64,000 nt of DNA from Coleofasciculus chthonoplastes F2-STO-03 (GTDB lineage: Bacteria > Cyanobacteriota > Cyanobacteriia > Cyanobacteriales > Coleofasciculaceae), in contig JAVJWO010000046.1 in the NCBI GenBank assembly GCA_040222015.1, forward strand, positions 1 through 64,000, given 5' to 3'. Positions 49,226 to 58,099 of the stretch are shown one piece after another. The notes under the pieces are model-generated. The model was not told the DNA's origin. It ran no database searches and saw only the letters and a program-made list of their open reading frames with translations. Position 1 is the stretch's first letter, and the number at the start of each line of letters is the position of its first letter. The position numbers and the translations under genes are program-made.

Positions 49226-52200
49226 ATGGTGAGATTCAGGCAAAGTCAATCACGTCGGGGAATCCGTTTAGCCGCAGGAGTGGCGATCGCGTGGGTTCTA
49301 TCCCATTGGACAACTCCTACCGTTGCCCAAGTTATTCCTGATTCTACTCTAGGGGGGGAAGGCTCTGTGGTGACGCCGGATGTGATCATTGAGGGACTTC
49401 CGGCGGATCAGATTGATGGAGGGGCGATTCGAGGTGCGAATCTGTTTCACAGTTTCTCGGAGTTTAATGTCGGCGCGGGACAACGGGTTTATTTTGCCAA
49501 TCCGACGGGAATTGACACGATTCTCAGCCGGGTTACGGGTACGGATGTTTCGGATATTTTGGGAACCCTGGGGGTTAATGGTAGGGCAAATTTGTTTCTG
49601 ATGAATCCGAATGGGATTGTTTTTGGTAAAAATGCCCAATTGGATGTTCAGGGGGCGTTTGTGGCGTCTACCGCAGAGGGTTGGGTGTTTGAGAATGGCA
49701 CAGAGTTTAGTGCAACGAATCCCCAAGCACCGCCATTACTGACGATTAACCTGACACCGGGATTGCAATATGGGTCGAATTATCAAGGCGCGATCGCAAG
49801 TTCTGGTAGTTTAGCTGTAGGAGGGGATTTGATTCTCGCGGGTCGAACTCTTGACCTAAAGAATCAGGTACAAGCTGGGGGAAATTTGACCCTATTCGCG
49901 ACGGATACGCTGAAGGTGCGCGATAGCGTAGCGAGTCCGTTTATTGCTTCAGCCATGGGTCAATTGTTGGTGCAGGGGAATCAAGCGATCGATATTTTTG
50001 CCTTGAATCATCCCGATAGTGGGTTTTTTTCCGGTGGGGATATGGTATTTCGTTCTGGCAATACGGTTAGTGCAGATGCTCACTTCTGGAGTGGTGGAAA
50101 TTTTCGCATTGAACGATTGGATAGTAGTTTAGGGAATTTGTCAAGTCCTTATGACCCAGTGATTCGAGCTAGTGGGGATGTGAGTTTCAATGATTACACA
50201 GGTCCCTCTTTGCATATTTTGGCTGGGGGGAGTGTCACGATTTCTGGGGATGTTGCCATAGAAGAGGTCGAGGCAAATGCTGATGCGATTAATGGAGATA
50301 CTATCGTCTTATCAGATGGGACAGAAATCACGATTAATGGTTCGACAAGACCAACTTTAGATATCCGTGCGGGAACGACTGATTTTGGCACGCCTAATGC
50401 TGCACCCATTGATAATTTTAATCCCTTTGGTGACTTCGATTCACCGCCGACGATTGACGCTTCAGGTACAGGAACGAGTGCGGATATCAGAATTGCTGGT
50501 TTGATCGATATTCAGGCGGCGGATGGATTGGTGCTTTTAACGAATCAGTATCGCCCCAATCTTTCCTTGTCGGGGGGAGTGATTACTGCGCCATTGATTT
50601 TTACGGATGATTTTCAACGTAGGTTTGTGGGGAACAGTGGTTCTATTTTTATTGATGCTAGAGGCAATATAGAAGTCGGTCAGATTGATACCAGCAGCGT
50701 TTCCGGAAATGGCGGTGAAATCAGGATTATTTCTGACCAAAATATTACCTTTACAGACAATGTTGATTCTTCGGTTCGACCTGATTTTGGCTTAGGGTTT
50801 GGTGTCGGTGGCAATATTACCGTGACGGCTCAAGAAGAAATTATTCTCCCCAGTGCAAATATATCGATTATTAGCGTTACTCAGGGTCAAGGTAAGGGCG
50901 GTGATATTGAGATTAATACTAGGTCGCTGTCCCTCGTAAATGGAGCTGAAATCTTTACAGTTACTCAAAGTGAGGGAGAGGATTCAGGTCAAGGGGGTAA
51001 TCTGACAATTAATGCCAGCGAATCTGTAGAATTAATTGGTGTGGGTATACCTCCAGGTAGCAATCGGGCGAGGAATACCAGATTGTCAGCCAGAACTTTG
51101 GGGGATGGTGATGCTGGCAATTTGACCGTAAATACGAGACAGTTGATTCTGCGAGATGGTGGGATACTATCAACGATTACTTGTGGTACAGGAGCAATGA
51201 CTCGGTGTGGTTCAGCGCAACCAGGTACGTTGAGGGTTAATGCTTCTGATTTTATCGAATTGACGGGTACTCCAAATGTAGATGATGGTGTACTTTTAAC
51301 CAGTGGTTTATTTAGTACGAGTGTGCTTGATGGGGATGGCGGAGATGTTTTTGTTGAAACCGGGCGATTGATTATCCGGGATGGGGCGCAGATTGCTGCG
51401 GCTGCTGAGAGAAGGAGTACAGGTGCGGGTGGAAATATAACAGTAACTGCATCTGATTTAGTAGAATTAAGTGGCACGAGACCTAATGGAATCCCAGGCG
51501 GTTTATATACTTTTGCTGCTGAGGAAAGTTCTGGAGATGCGGGAAATCTGACGGTTAATACAGGACAATTCATTGTTCGGGATGGCGCATCAGTCGCAAG
51601 TAGTACAGATAGTACCGGAAATGCTGGAGATTTGGAAATAAATGCGTCTGAGTCTATGGAAGTCATTAATGCAGAGGTTCGTGCTATAACTACTTTGAAT
51701 GCTGATGATGCGGGTGATGCTGGCAATTTTTTGATTAATACGAACCAATTAATCGTGCGGGAGGGAGGATTAGTTTCAGCTAGAACTTTGGGTCCAGGTG
51801 ATGCTGGAATATTAGATATTAAGACGAATCGGTTAGTGGTTCGAGATGGGGCAAGAGTTTCTGCGGATACCTCTAGCACTGGTGAAGCGGGCAAACTGAA
51901 TGTGATGGCGACTGAATCTGTTGAGGTTATTGGGACAGCATCTGATGGAACCACTCCTAGTAGCTTATTATTTGATTCGTCGGCTTCAGAAATCGGGGGA
52001 AATGCAGGAGAATTAACCATTGATACGAGTCGGTTAATTGTCCAAGATGGAGGATTGGTTTCCGCGACAACGGCGAATACTGGGGAAGCGGGAAAATTAA
52101 CTGTAAATGCGTCTGAATCGGTAGAAGTTGTTGGTACGTCACCGAATGGTCAAACCCCTAGCCTTTTAGTCTTTGATTCGTCTGGTTCCGGTAATGCGGG

Positions 52201-53227
52201 AGAGTTGAAGATTGACACAGAACGATTAGTTCTCCAAGGCGGTGGACAAATATCTGCGACAACCTTTGATTCGGGACAGGGTGGAATTATAGAGGTTAAC
52301 GCTTCAGAATCCGTAGACGTTAACGGTTCAGGAAGTGGCTTATTTTTTGATTCTCGAAGTTTGGCGAATGCGAGAGGAATTACCCTGAATACGGGTCGTT
52401 TAACCGTGGAAAATGGGGGACAATTAACCGTGAGTGGGAGTGGTTCTGGCACGTCTGGGGATTTGGAGATTACGGCGGATTCTATCTTTTTAACTAATCA
52501 AGGACGCCTGCGGGCAACGACGACGGCTAGTGAAGGGGGGAATATTCGTTTAGATGTGACCGATTCTATTATTATGCGCTTCAATAGTGAAATTGCGGCG
52601 GAAGCATTTGGTACGGCAAATGGCGGTAATATTACGATTAATGCTGGGGGAATTATTTGGGCAATTCTCTCGGAAAATAGTGATGTGGTGGCTAATGCCT
52701 TTGCGGGTCAAGGTGGAACCATTTCGGCGACGGCTTTACTAATTGAAGGATTTCGCCAATTTGAAGACCGCCGTACTCCAGAGAGTGACTTTATTGCGAG
52801 TTCTGAATTAGGAATTGATGGAACGGTAGACGTTAATACTGAAACTAGACCTCAACCTGAACCTTTACCCCAGTTACAATCGGTAGACCCAATTGAACCC
52901 AGATGTCAAGTCGGTCAACGGCGTGGAACCAGTGAATTTATTATTTCGGGACGCGGAGGTTTACCACCCAATCCAATAAATAATGCCAGTTATAATCAGG
53001 GTTGGGTTGATTTCCGTGATTCGATAAGTTCGACAGAAAATCGGGTTAATTCTGGAGGAGATAATTCGCAAATGGAGACGAAATCAACTCAGATTATTGA
53101 GGCGCAAGGATGGATTATTAAGGAAAATGGAGAGGTTGAATTGGTGGCGAGAGTCCCGAATCCGACGCTGTATAGTTCCTGGCAAACTCCGATTTGTCCT
53201 GTACCGAATGACGCGATTGTCCCGTAG
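49226..53227 (+). CDS. Filamentous haemagglutinin-family (TpsA-like) exoprotein
   Basis: Signal peptide, NLFHSFSEFNV...LFLMNPNGIVFG secretion domain, many GNAGxLxINT beta-helix repeats, C-terminal SEFIISGRGGLPPNP and IIEAQGW. Confidence 0.92.
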   Translation: MVRFRQSQSRRGIRLAAGVAIAWVLSHWTTPTVAQVIPDSTLGGEGSVVTPDVIIEGLPADQIDGGAIRGANLFHSFSEFNVGAGQRVYFANPTGIDTILSRVTGTDVSDILGTLGVNGRANLFLMNPNGIVFGKNAQLDVQGAFVASTAEGWVFENGTEFSATNPQAPPLLTINLTPGLQYGSNYQGAIASSGSLAVGGDLILAGRTLDLKNQVQAGGNLTLFATDTLKVRDSVASPFIASAMGQLLVQGNQAIDIFALNHPDSGFFSGGDMVFRSGNTVSADAHFWSGGNFRIERLDSSLGNLSSPYDPVIRASGDVSFNDYTGPSLHILAGGSVTISGDVAIEEVEANADAINGDTIVLSDGTEITINGSTRPTLDIRAGTTDFGTPNAAPIDNFNPFGDFDSPPTIDASGTGTSADIRIAGLIDIQAADGLVLLTNQYRPNLSLSGGVITAPLIFTDDFQRRFVGNSGSIFIDARGNIEVGQIDTSSVSGNGGEIRIISDQNITFTDNVDSSVRPDFGLGFGVGGNITVTAQEEIILPSANISIISVTQGQGKGGDIEINTRSLSLVNGAEIFTVTQSEGEDSGQGGNLTINASESVELIGVGIPPGSNRARNTRLSARTLGDGDAGNLTVNTRQLILRDGGILSTITCGTGAMTRCGSAQPGTLRVNASDFIELTGTPNVDDGVLLTSGLFSTSVLDGDGGDVFVETGRLIIRDGAQIAAAAERRSTGAGGNITVTASDLVELSGTRPNGIPGGLYTFAAEESSGDAGNLTVNTGQFIVRDGASVASSTDSTGNAGDLEINASESMEVINAEVRAITTLNADDAGDAGNFLINTNQLIVREGGLVSARTLGPGDAGILDIKTNRLVVRDGARVSADTSSTGEAGKLNVMATESVEVIGTASDGTTPSSLLFDSSASEIGGNAGELTIDTSRLIVQDGGLVSATTANTGEAGKLTVNASESVEVVGTSPNGQTPSLLVFDSSGSGNAGELKIDTERLVLQGGGQISATTFDSGQGGIIEVNASESVDVNGSGSGLFFDSRSLANARGITLNTGRLTVENGGQLTVSGSGSGTSGDLEITADSIFLTNQGRLRATTTASEGGNIRLDVTDSIIMRFNSEIAAEAFGTANGGNITINAGGIIWAILSENSDVVANAFAGQGGTISATALLIEGFRQFEDRRTPESDFIASSELGIDGTVDVNTETRPQPEPLPQLQSVDPIEPRCQVGQRRGTSEFIISGRGGLPPNPINNASYNQGWVDFRDSISSTENRVNSGGDNSQMETKSTQIIEAQGWIIKENGEVELVARVPNPTLYSSWQTPICPVPNDAIVP

Positions 53228-53574
53228 GGGCGCACCGACGTGCGCCCTGCACCGACGTGTCGGAAAGATAAACGTAGGACTTACGCAAAGGATCTATATG
53301 TAGGGTGTGTTAGCGTAGCGTAACGCACCTTTGCAACTTAGGACTTAAGCACGATAATATCAAGGGCACGATAATATCGTGCCCCTACAGGTAGCTTGAA
53401 GGGTTAACTTCTTTCTCTTTCCCCATCGCAATTCCACTTTTATTGGTGGTAAGCTGTATCTTGGTCTGTCGCTATTGGGGGGAAAGCGTGACGATGAACT
53501 GGCGCTAAAGCGCAACTACGAGCGCAATTACGAGCGCAACTACGAACAAGGGTGAATGATTTTTATTATAAATT

Positions 53575-56500
53575 ATGACTAAATTCCCATTTTTATGGCG
53601 TCATCTGAAATTATTCTTTAAATATGGGGTTATCGCTGTCTGTTTTACTCTATTGATTGGCTTGGGTCAAACTTATCTGACTCGTCAATCGGCACTGAGT
53701 ACCGAACCCCCGCCAATTATTAGCCAAACTCCTATTGTTGATATCAATGGGTTAGTTCAACAAGGTCAAGGTTATTATAAAAATGGACAATTTACAGAGG
53801 CGGTAAGTCTCTGGCAAGAAGCGGCATCTCAATTGGCTGATGAAGGGAATCAACTTCAACAAGCGCGAGTCTTAAGTTATCTGGCTTTGGCTTTTCAAGA
53901 ATTGGGAAAATGGCAGGAGGCAAAAGACGCGATCGCGAAAAGTTTAAACCAACTCCAATCGAGTCCAGATTCCCCGGACAAAAGCCTAATTCTGGCTCAA
54001 GTTCTTAATAATCAAGGACACCTACAACTTTCTCTGGGAAATGCGGCTGATGCTCTGACAACCTGGGAAACTGTATATCGCCTCTACCGTCGCTTAGGAG
54101 ATGAAACGGGCAGTATTGGTAGCTTGATTAATCAAGCCCAAGCGTTGCAGGATCTAGGGCAGTTACGGGAGGCATTTAAAACGTTAACTCAGGCAACGTT
54201 ACATCTGAAAAGCAAACCAGACTCGTTGCTTAAATTCACGGCTTGGTCTCATTTAGGAGAATTGGTACGAGTTGTGGGTAACTCTAATTTATCAGACCCC
54301 AATTGGTTGCCCGTCAAACAATCCTTTCAGTTAAATAATTTAACCAACTTAGAGCAATCCAAGCACCTGTTAGATCAAAGCTTAATTCTGGCACAAGCTC
54401 TGAATAATCAAGAAGCAATTGCTGAAGCGTATTTCCGGTTAGGGAACTGGGGAAACGATGCCTATAATTATCAGCGCAGTTTATACGCCAGAACTCGCCC
54501 CTCTCAACAGGACATACAACCAGTTCTGGATGCTGCTGCTCAAGCTGCTGATTATTATCAACAGGCAATTACATTATCAAATACGCCATTTATTCCCCTT
54601 GAATCTCAGCTAAACTATCTGAGTCTTTTATTCAATACCCAATACTGGTTACTTAAGCAGCGGCACTGGTCAAATGCTCAAACATGGTGGCAGGAAAAAG
54701 TTGTACCGCAACTGCCGAATTTAACCCAAATTCAAGCCAACATCACCGCATTACCCACCAGTCACACTGCCATTGATTGCCAAATTCAGTTTGCTCAACT
54801 TCTGGTTAGCTTAAAAGGAGTTCAGGAAACCGTTAATCAAAATACAGCAAACGTTCCCAATATTTACCGTCACCGGATTTGGACAGAATTAGACGGTTTA
54901 TTAACCACAACTTTTGACAAAAATAAACAGATTATCCAACAATCTCACGAGTTAGAGGATCGGCGTAGTGAGGCTTATGCGACGGGGATTAGTGGTAAAC
55001 TTTATGAATCGAATCAGAACCTGGAAAATGCTCAAGAGTTAACCCATCAAGCCATTCAAATTAGCCAATCCATTCAGGCGTGGGATATTGCCTATCAATG
55101 GCAATGGCAACTGGGGCGCTTGCGGAAAGCCCAGGGAAATATTGAAGGAGAATCGGGCGCGATACGTTCTGAAAGAACACGCTCCGCGATACGTTCTGAG
55201 AGAACACGCTCTGCGATCGCAGCCTATCAAGCGGCGGTGAATACACTCAATACGATTCGCCAAGATTTAGCCACCTTTAACCCCGATGTTCGTTTTTCCT
55301 TTCGAGATGAAATTGAGCCGATTTATCGAGAATTGATTGATTTACTTTTGCGAGAAGAAACCCCGTCACCGCAAAATTTAATCCAAGCCAGAGAGGTTTT
55401 AGCCCAACTGCAATTAGCCGAATTAGAGAACTACTTACAAGAAGCCTGTGCGTCATCAACCCCTGCTTTAATTGACCAAATTGTAGATAAACACGCCCCG
55501 AATACGGCGGTTATTTATACGATTCTTTTAGATGATCGTTTAGAGGTCATTCTTAAACTACCCCAACCAGCAGAATTTAACGAGGTTACCGACTACAACT
55601 GTCAACACGGTAGAGACGTTGCATGCAACGTCTCTACACCATGGCGATCGAAAATTAATCCCAGTCATCCTAAATCTGGAACCCAAGTAACTTTACAACA
55701 CCATCGCGTCACGATTTCCCTCCGTCAGGTGGAAGAAATAGTTGATCAACTCCGCACTCAACTCACTAATCCCCAACGTACTTCTCGCTATACTCAAGCG
55801 ATTCAAAATACCTCTCAACCGATCTATAATTGGTTAGTTTCTCCCTTTGAATCTCAGCTTAAAGCGAATGGTATAAATACCTTAGTGTTTGTCCTCGATG
55901 GTGCCTTACAAACCGTTCCTATGGGAGTGCTTTGGGATGGGAATCAGTATCTGATTGAAAAATATGCGATCGCGCTGAATCGAGAACCTCAGTTACTCGC
56001 CCCTGTACCTCTCTCCCAGCAGCCCTTACAGACGCTGGCGTTTGGACTATCTCAGGTACGCTCCGATTTCGCCCCTCATCAAAGCTTTTCACCCCTCGCC
56101 AATGTTGAAATCGAACTATCACAAATTCCCTCAGATGTAAAGCTACTCAATCAGGCATTTACCAGTCAAGCTCTGCAAACTCAAATCAACGCCCGCCCCT
56201 TTTCCATTGTTCACTTTGCCACCCACGGACAATTTAGTTCTAATCCTAATGAAACCTTTATTTTAGCCTGGGATAAACGGATTCAGGTGAATGAATTAAG
56301 TCACTATCTCAAAAGTCGCGAGGAAAGTTTACCTGATCCGATTGAACTGTTAGTGTTGAGTGCTTGTCAAACTGCTAATGGGGATAATCGGGCGACATTA
56401 GGGCTGGCGGGAATAACGGTTCGTGCTGGGGCGCGGAGTACGATTGGAACGTTATGGGAAGTGAGTGATAAATCAACGACTGATTTTATTCGGTTGCTCT

Positions 56501-56655
56501 ATGAACAGTTGACTAATTCCACGGAACCGATGAGCAAAGCGGAAGCGATACAACGGGTTCAGAAGGAATTTTTAGGGCATCCGAATTATCGGCATCCTTA
56601 TTATTGGGCACCTTTTGTTTTAATCGGTAATTGGCTCTCGTTGTTTCAAGGATAA
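53575..56655 (+). CDS. TPR plus CHAT (caspase-like) domain protein
   Basis: TPR-like helices, HFATHGQF (His), LVLSACQT (Cys), HPYYWAPFVLIGNW. Confidence 0.93.
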   Translation: MTKFPFLWRHLKLFFKYGVIAVCFTLLIGLGQTYLTRQSALSTEPPPIISQTPIVDINGLVQQGQGYYKNGQFTEAVSLWQEAASQLADEGNQLQQARVLSYLALAFQELGKWQEAKDAIAKSLNQLQSSPDSPDKSLILAQVLNNQGHLQLSLGNAADALTTWETVYRLYRRLGDETGSIGSLINQAQALQDLGQLREAFKTLTQATLHLKSKPDSLLKFTAWSHLGELVRVVGNSNLSDPNWLPVKQSFQLNNLTNLEQSKHLLDQSLILAQALNNQEAIAEAYFRLGNWGNDAYNYQRSLYARTRPSQQDIQPVLDAAAQAADYYQQAITLSNTPFIPLESQLNYLSLLFNTQYWLLKQRHWSNAQTWWQEKVVPQLPNLTQIQANITALPTSHTAIDCQIQFAQLLVSLKGVQETVNQNTANVPNIYRHRIWTELDGLLTTTFDKNKQIIQQSHELEDRRSEAYATGISGKLYESNQNLENAQELTHQAIQISQSIQAWDIAYQWQWQLGRLRKAQGNIEGESGAIRSERTRSAIRSERTRSAIAAYQAAVNTLNTIRQDLATFNPDVRFSFRDEIEPIYRELIDLLLREETPSPQNLIQAREVLAQLQLAELENYLQEACASSTPALIDQIVDKHAPNTAVIYTILLDDRLEVILKLPQPAEFNEVTDYNCQHGRDVACNVSTPWRSKINPSHPKSGTQVTLQHHRVTISLRQVEEIVDQLRTQLTNPQRTSRYTQAIQNTSQPIYNWLVSPFESQLKANGINTLVFVLDGALQTVPMGVLWDGNQYLIEKYAIALNREPQLLAPVPLSQQPLQTLAFGLSQVRSDFAPHQSFSPLANVEIELSQIPSDVKLLNQAFTSQALQTQINARPFSIVHFATHGQFSSNPNETFILAWDKRIQVNELSHYLKSREESLPDPIELLVLSACQTANGDNRATLGLAGITVRAGARSTIGTLWEVSDKSTTDFIRLLYEQLTNSTEPMSKAEAIQRVQKEFLGHPNYRHPYYWAPFVLIGNWLSLFQG

Positions 56656-56799
56656 ATTTGTCCCTAGATCAGGGCACGATAGTATCGTGCCCCTACCTAA
56701 TCAAATTAATGATCTCTACCCTTTGGTAGGGGCATGGCATTGCCATGCCCTATGATCACTACATTTTGCGTTTTAACTTTGAATAGCAGGTAGCCCACT

Positions 56800-57120
56800 A
56801 TGCAACTCGAAGACTATTTTAATATTCTCGCTCCCAATGATATTCGGCTTAAGGGTTCGCGGATTGGAATTGAGACAATTTTGTATGAGTACATTTATCG
56901 CGCTCGTACTCCAGAAGAAATTGCCAAAATTTATATCACTCTTTCTTTAGAACAAGTTTATGCCACAATCCTTTATTATCTGCATCATCAAGAAAAAATT
57001 AGTAACTATATGGAAGATTGGTTAGAGTGGGGGCAAAAAATGCGGCACGAACAACGACGTAATCCATCACCTGTCGTGAGCAAGCTCATGCAATTAAAGG
57101 CGGAAAGCGAGGCAATTTAA
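56800..57120 (+). CDS. DUF433 domain protein
   Basis: IRLKGSRIGIETIL...TPEEIA...LSLEQVYATILYY. Confidence 0.87.
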   Translation: MQLEDYFNILAPNDIRLKGSRIGIETILYEYIYRARTPEEIAKIYITLSLEQVYATILYYLHHQEKISNYMEDWLEWGQKMRHEQRRNPSPVVSKLMQLKAESEAI

Positions 57121-57341
57121 ACCTGACAATACTCATCACTTCCCTAAAGTTCTACTCTCCTAGTTATTTATATTAGAATTATGTTTTTTGAATGCAGAGG
57201 TACGCAGAGAGAGTTTGTAGTTATTGTGTAGGGGCGGGTTTCACGATTATCTTTTCGGTTGCACCCAGATGTAACTAAACCCGCCCAGACGCGCCATGGC
57301 TCTACAATAGTTTTAAGACTTCCCGTGAAAAGTCAGAACAG

Positions 57342-58082
57342 CTACTGTTTTTCTAGGGTGCAGCAGGGTATAATTGGTGTTTTCGTAAGTTGTTCCCAAC
57401 CGATAGATTCTAGTAAGTTTGCCCAGGCTGTCTCGGTTTCTTGGGGTGTTTGGCGGTGCAGGTTGGCTAATTCGGTGACGGTATCAAACCATAAACCGTT
57501 TTGAGCATAAATGACTACTTTTTCTGGGGAAGTATTACCATTTAACGGCGTCTCAACCTGTACCCGTTTAATCCAGCCATCGACAAAGAAATTAGGCGCT
57601 GATGCTGGAGTCTGGCAATAGAGTTTCAGTGACCAATAATACCATTTGCCGGGTTCCAGTGGGGGTTCATTGGTGGGTATGGCTAGGTTAATAATTCCGG
57701 GAGTTTGGGGTAGATTGAATTGAAAGTTGGCTTGATAATCGGCTTCATTTTCGATGCTAAATTGGGCGACTTGAGCTGAGGTGGCTGTGGCTGGAAGATA
57801 AAACCAAAATGTCGGATGTTGACTCTGGGTTAATCCCCAAACATGAGTTTCTGATAAGCTGATTCCGGTTTTTTCAATGGCGGGGACAATGGCGACTAAT
57901 TGATTATCGGTTTCGGCGGGTTGGGCGTCACAGGGTCCACGGGTTCCTGAATCCGATTGTTGTCCCGGTGTGTCTTTATCCGGTGGGGGTGGCGGTTGGT
58001 TGAAGATGAGGGCGTCGAGGGGCGATCGCTGGGCGATGATCAGAAGGGGTATGATGGCAAGGTTGAATAGTTTGTTGGTCAT
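57342..58082 (-). CDS. DUF928 domain protein
   Basis: PPPP...GTRGPC, GLTQSQHPTFWFYLP, LEPGKWYYW, YAQNGLWFD; start placed at MTNKLF. Confidence 0.87.
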   Translation of the reverse strand: MTNKLFNLAIIPLLIIAQRSPLDALIFNQPPPPPDKDTPGQQSDSGTRGPCDAQPAETDNQLVAIVPAIEKTGISLSETHVWGLTQSQHPTFWFYLPATATSAQVAQFSIENEADYQANFQFNLPQTPGIINLAIPTNEPPLEPGKWYYWSLKLYCQTPASAPNFFVDGWIKRVQVETPLNGNTSPEKVVIYAQNGLWFDTVTELANLHRQTPQETETAWANLLESIGWEQLTKTPIIPCCTLEKQ

Positions 58083-58099
58083 TTGTTGTTTGTCCTTTG

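Noticed and set aside
50989..52020. 343-aa antisense ORF
   Set aside because: Shadow of the repetitive haemagglutinin gene; no independent motifs
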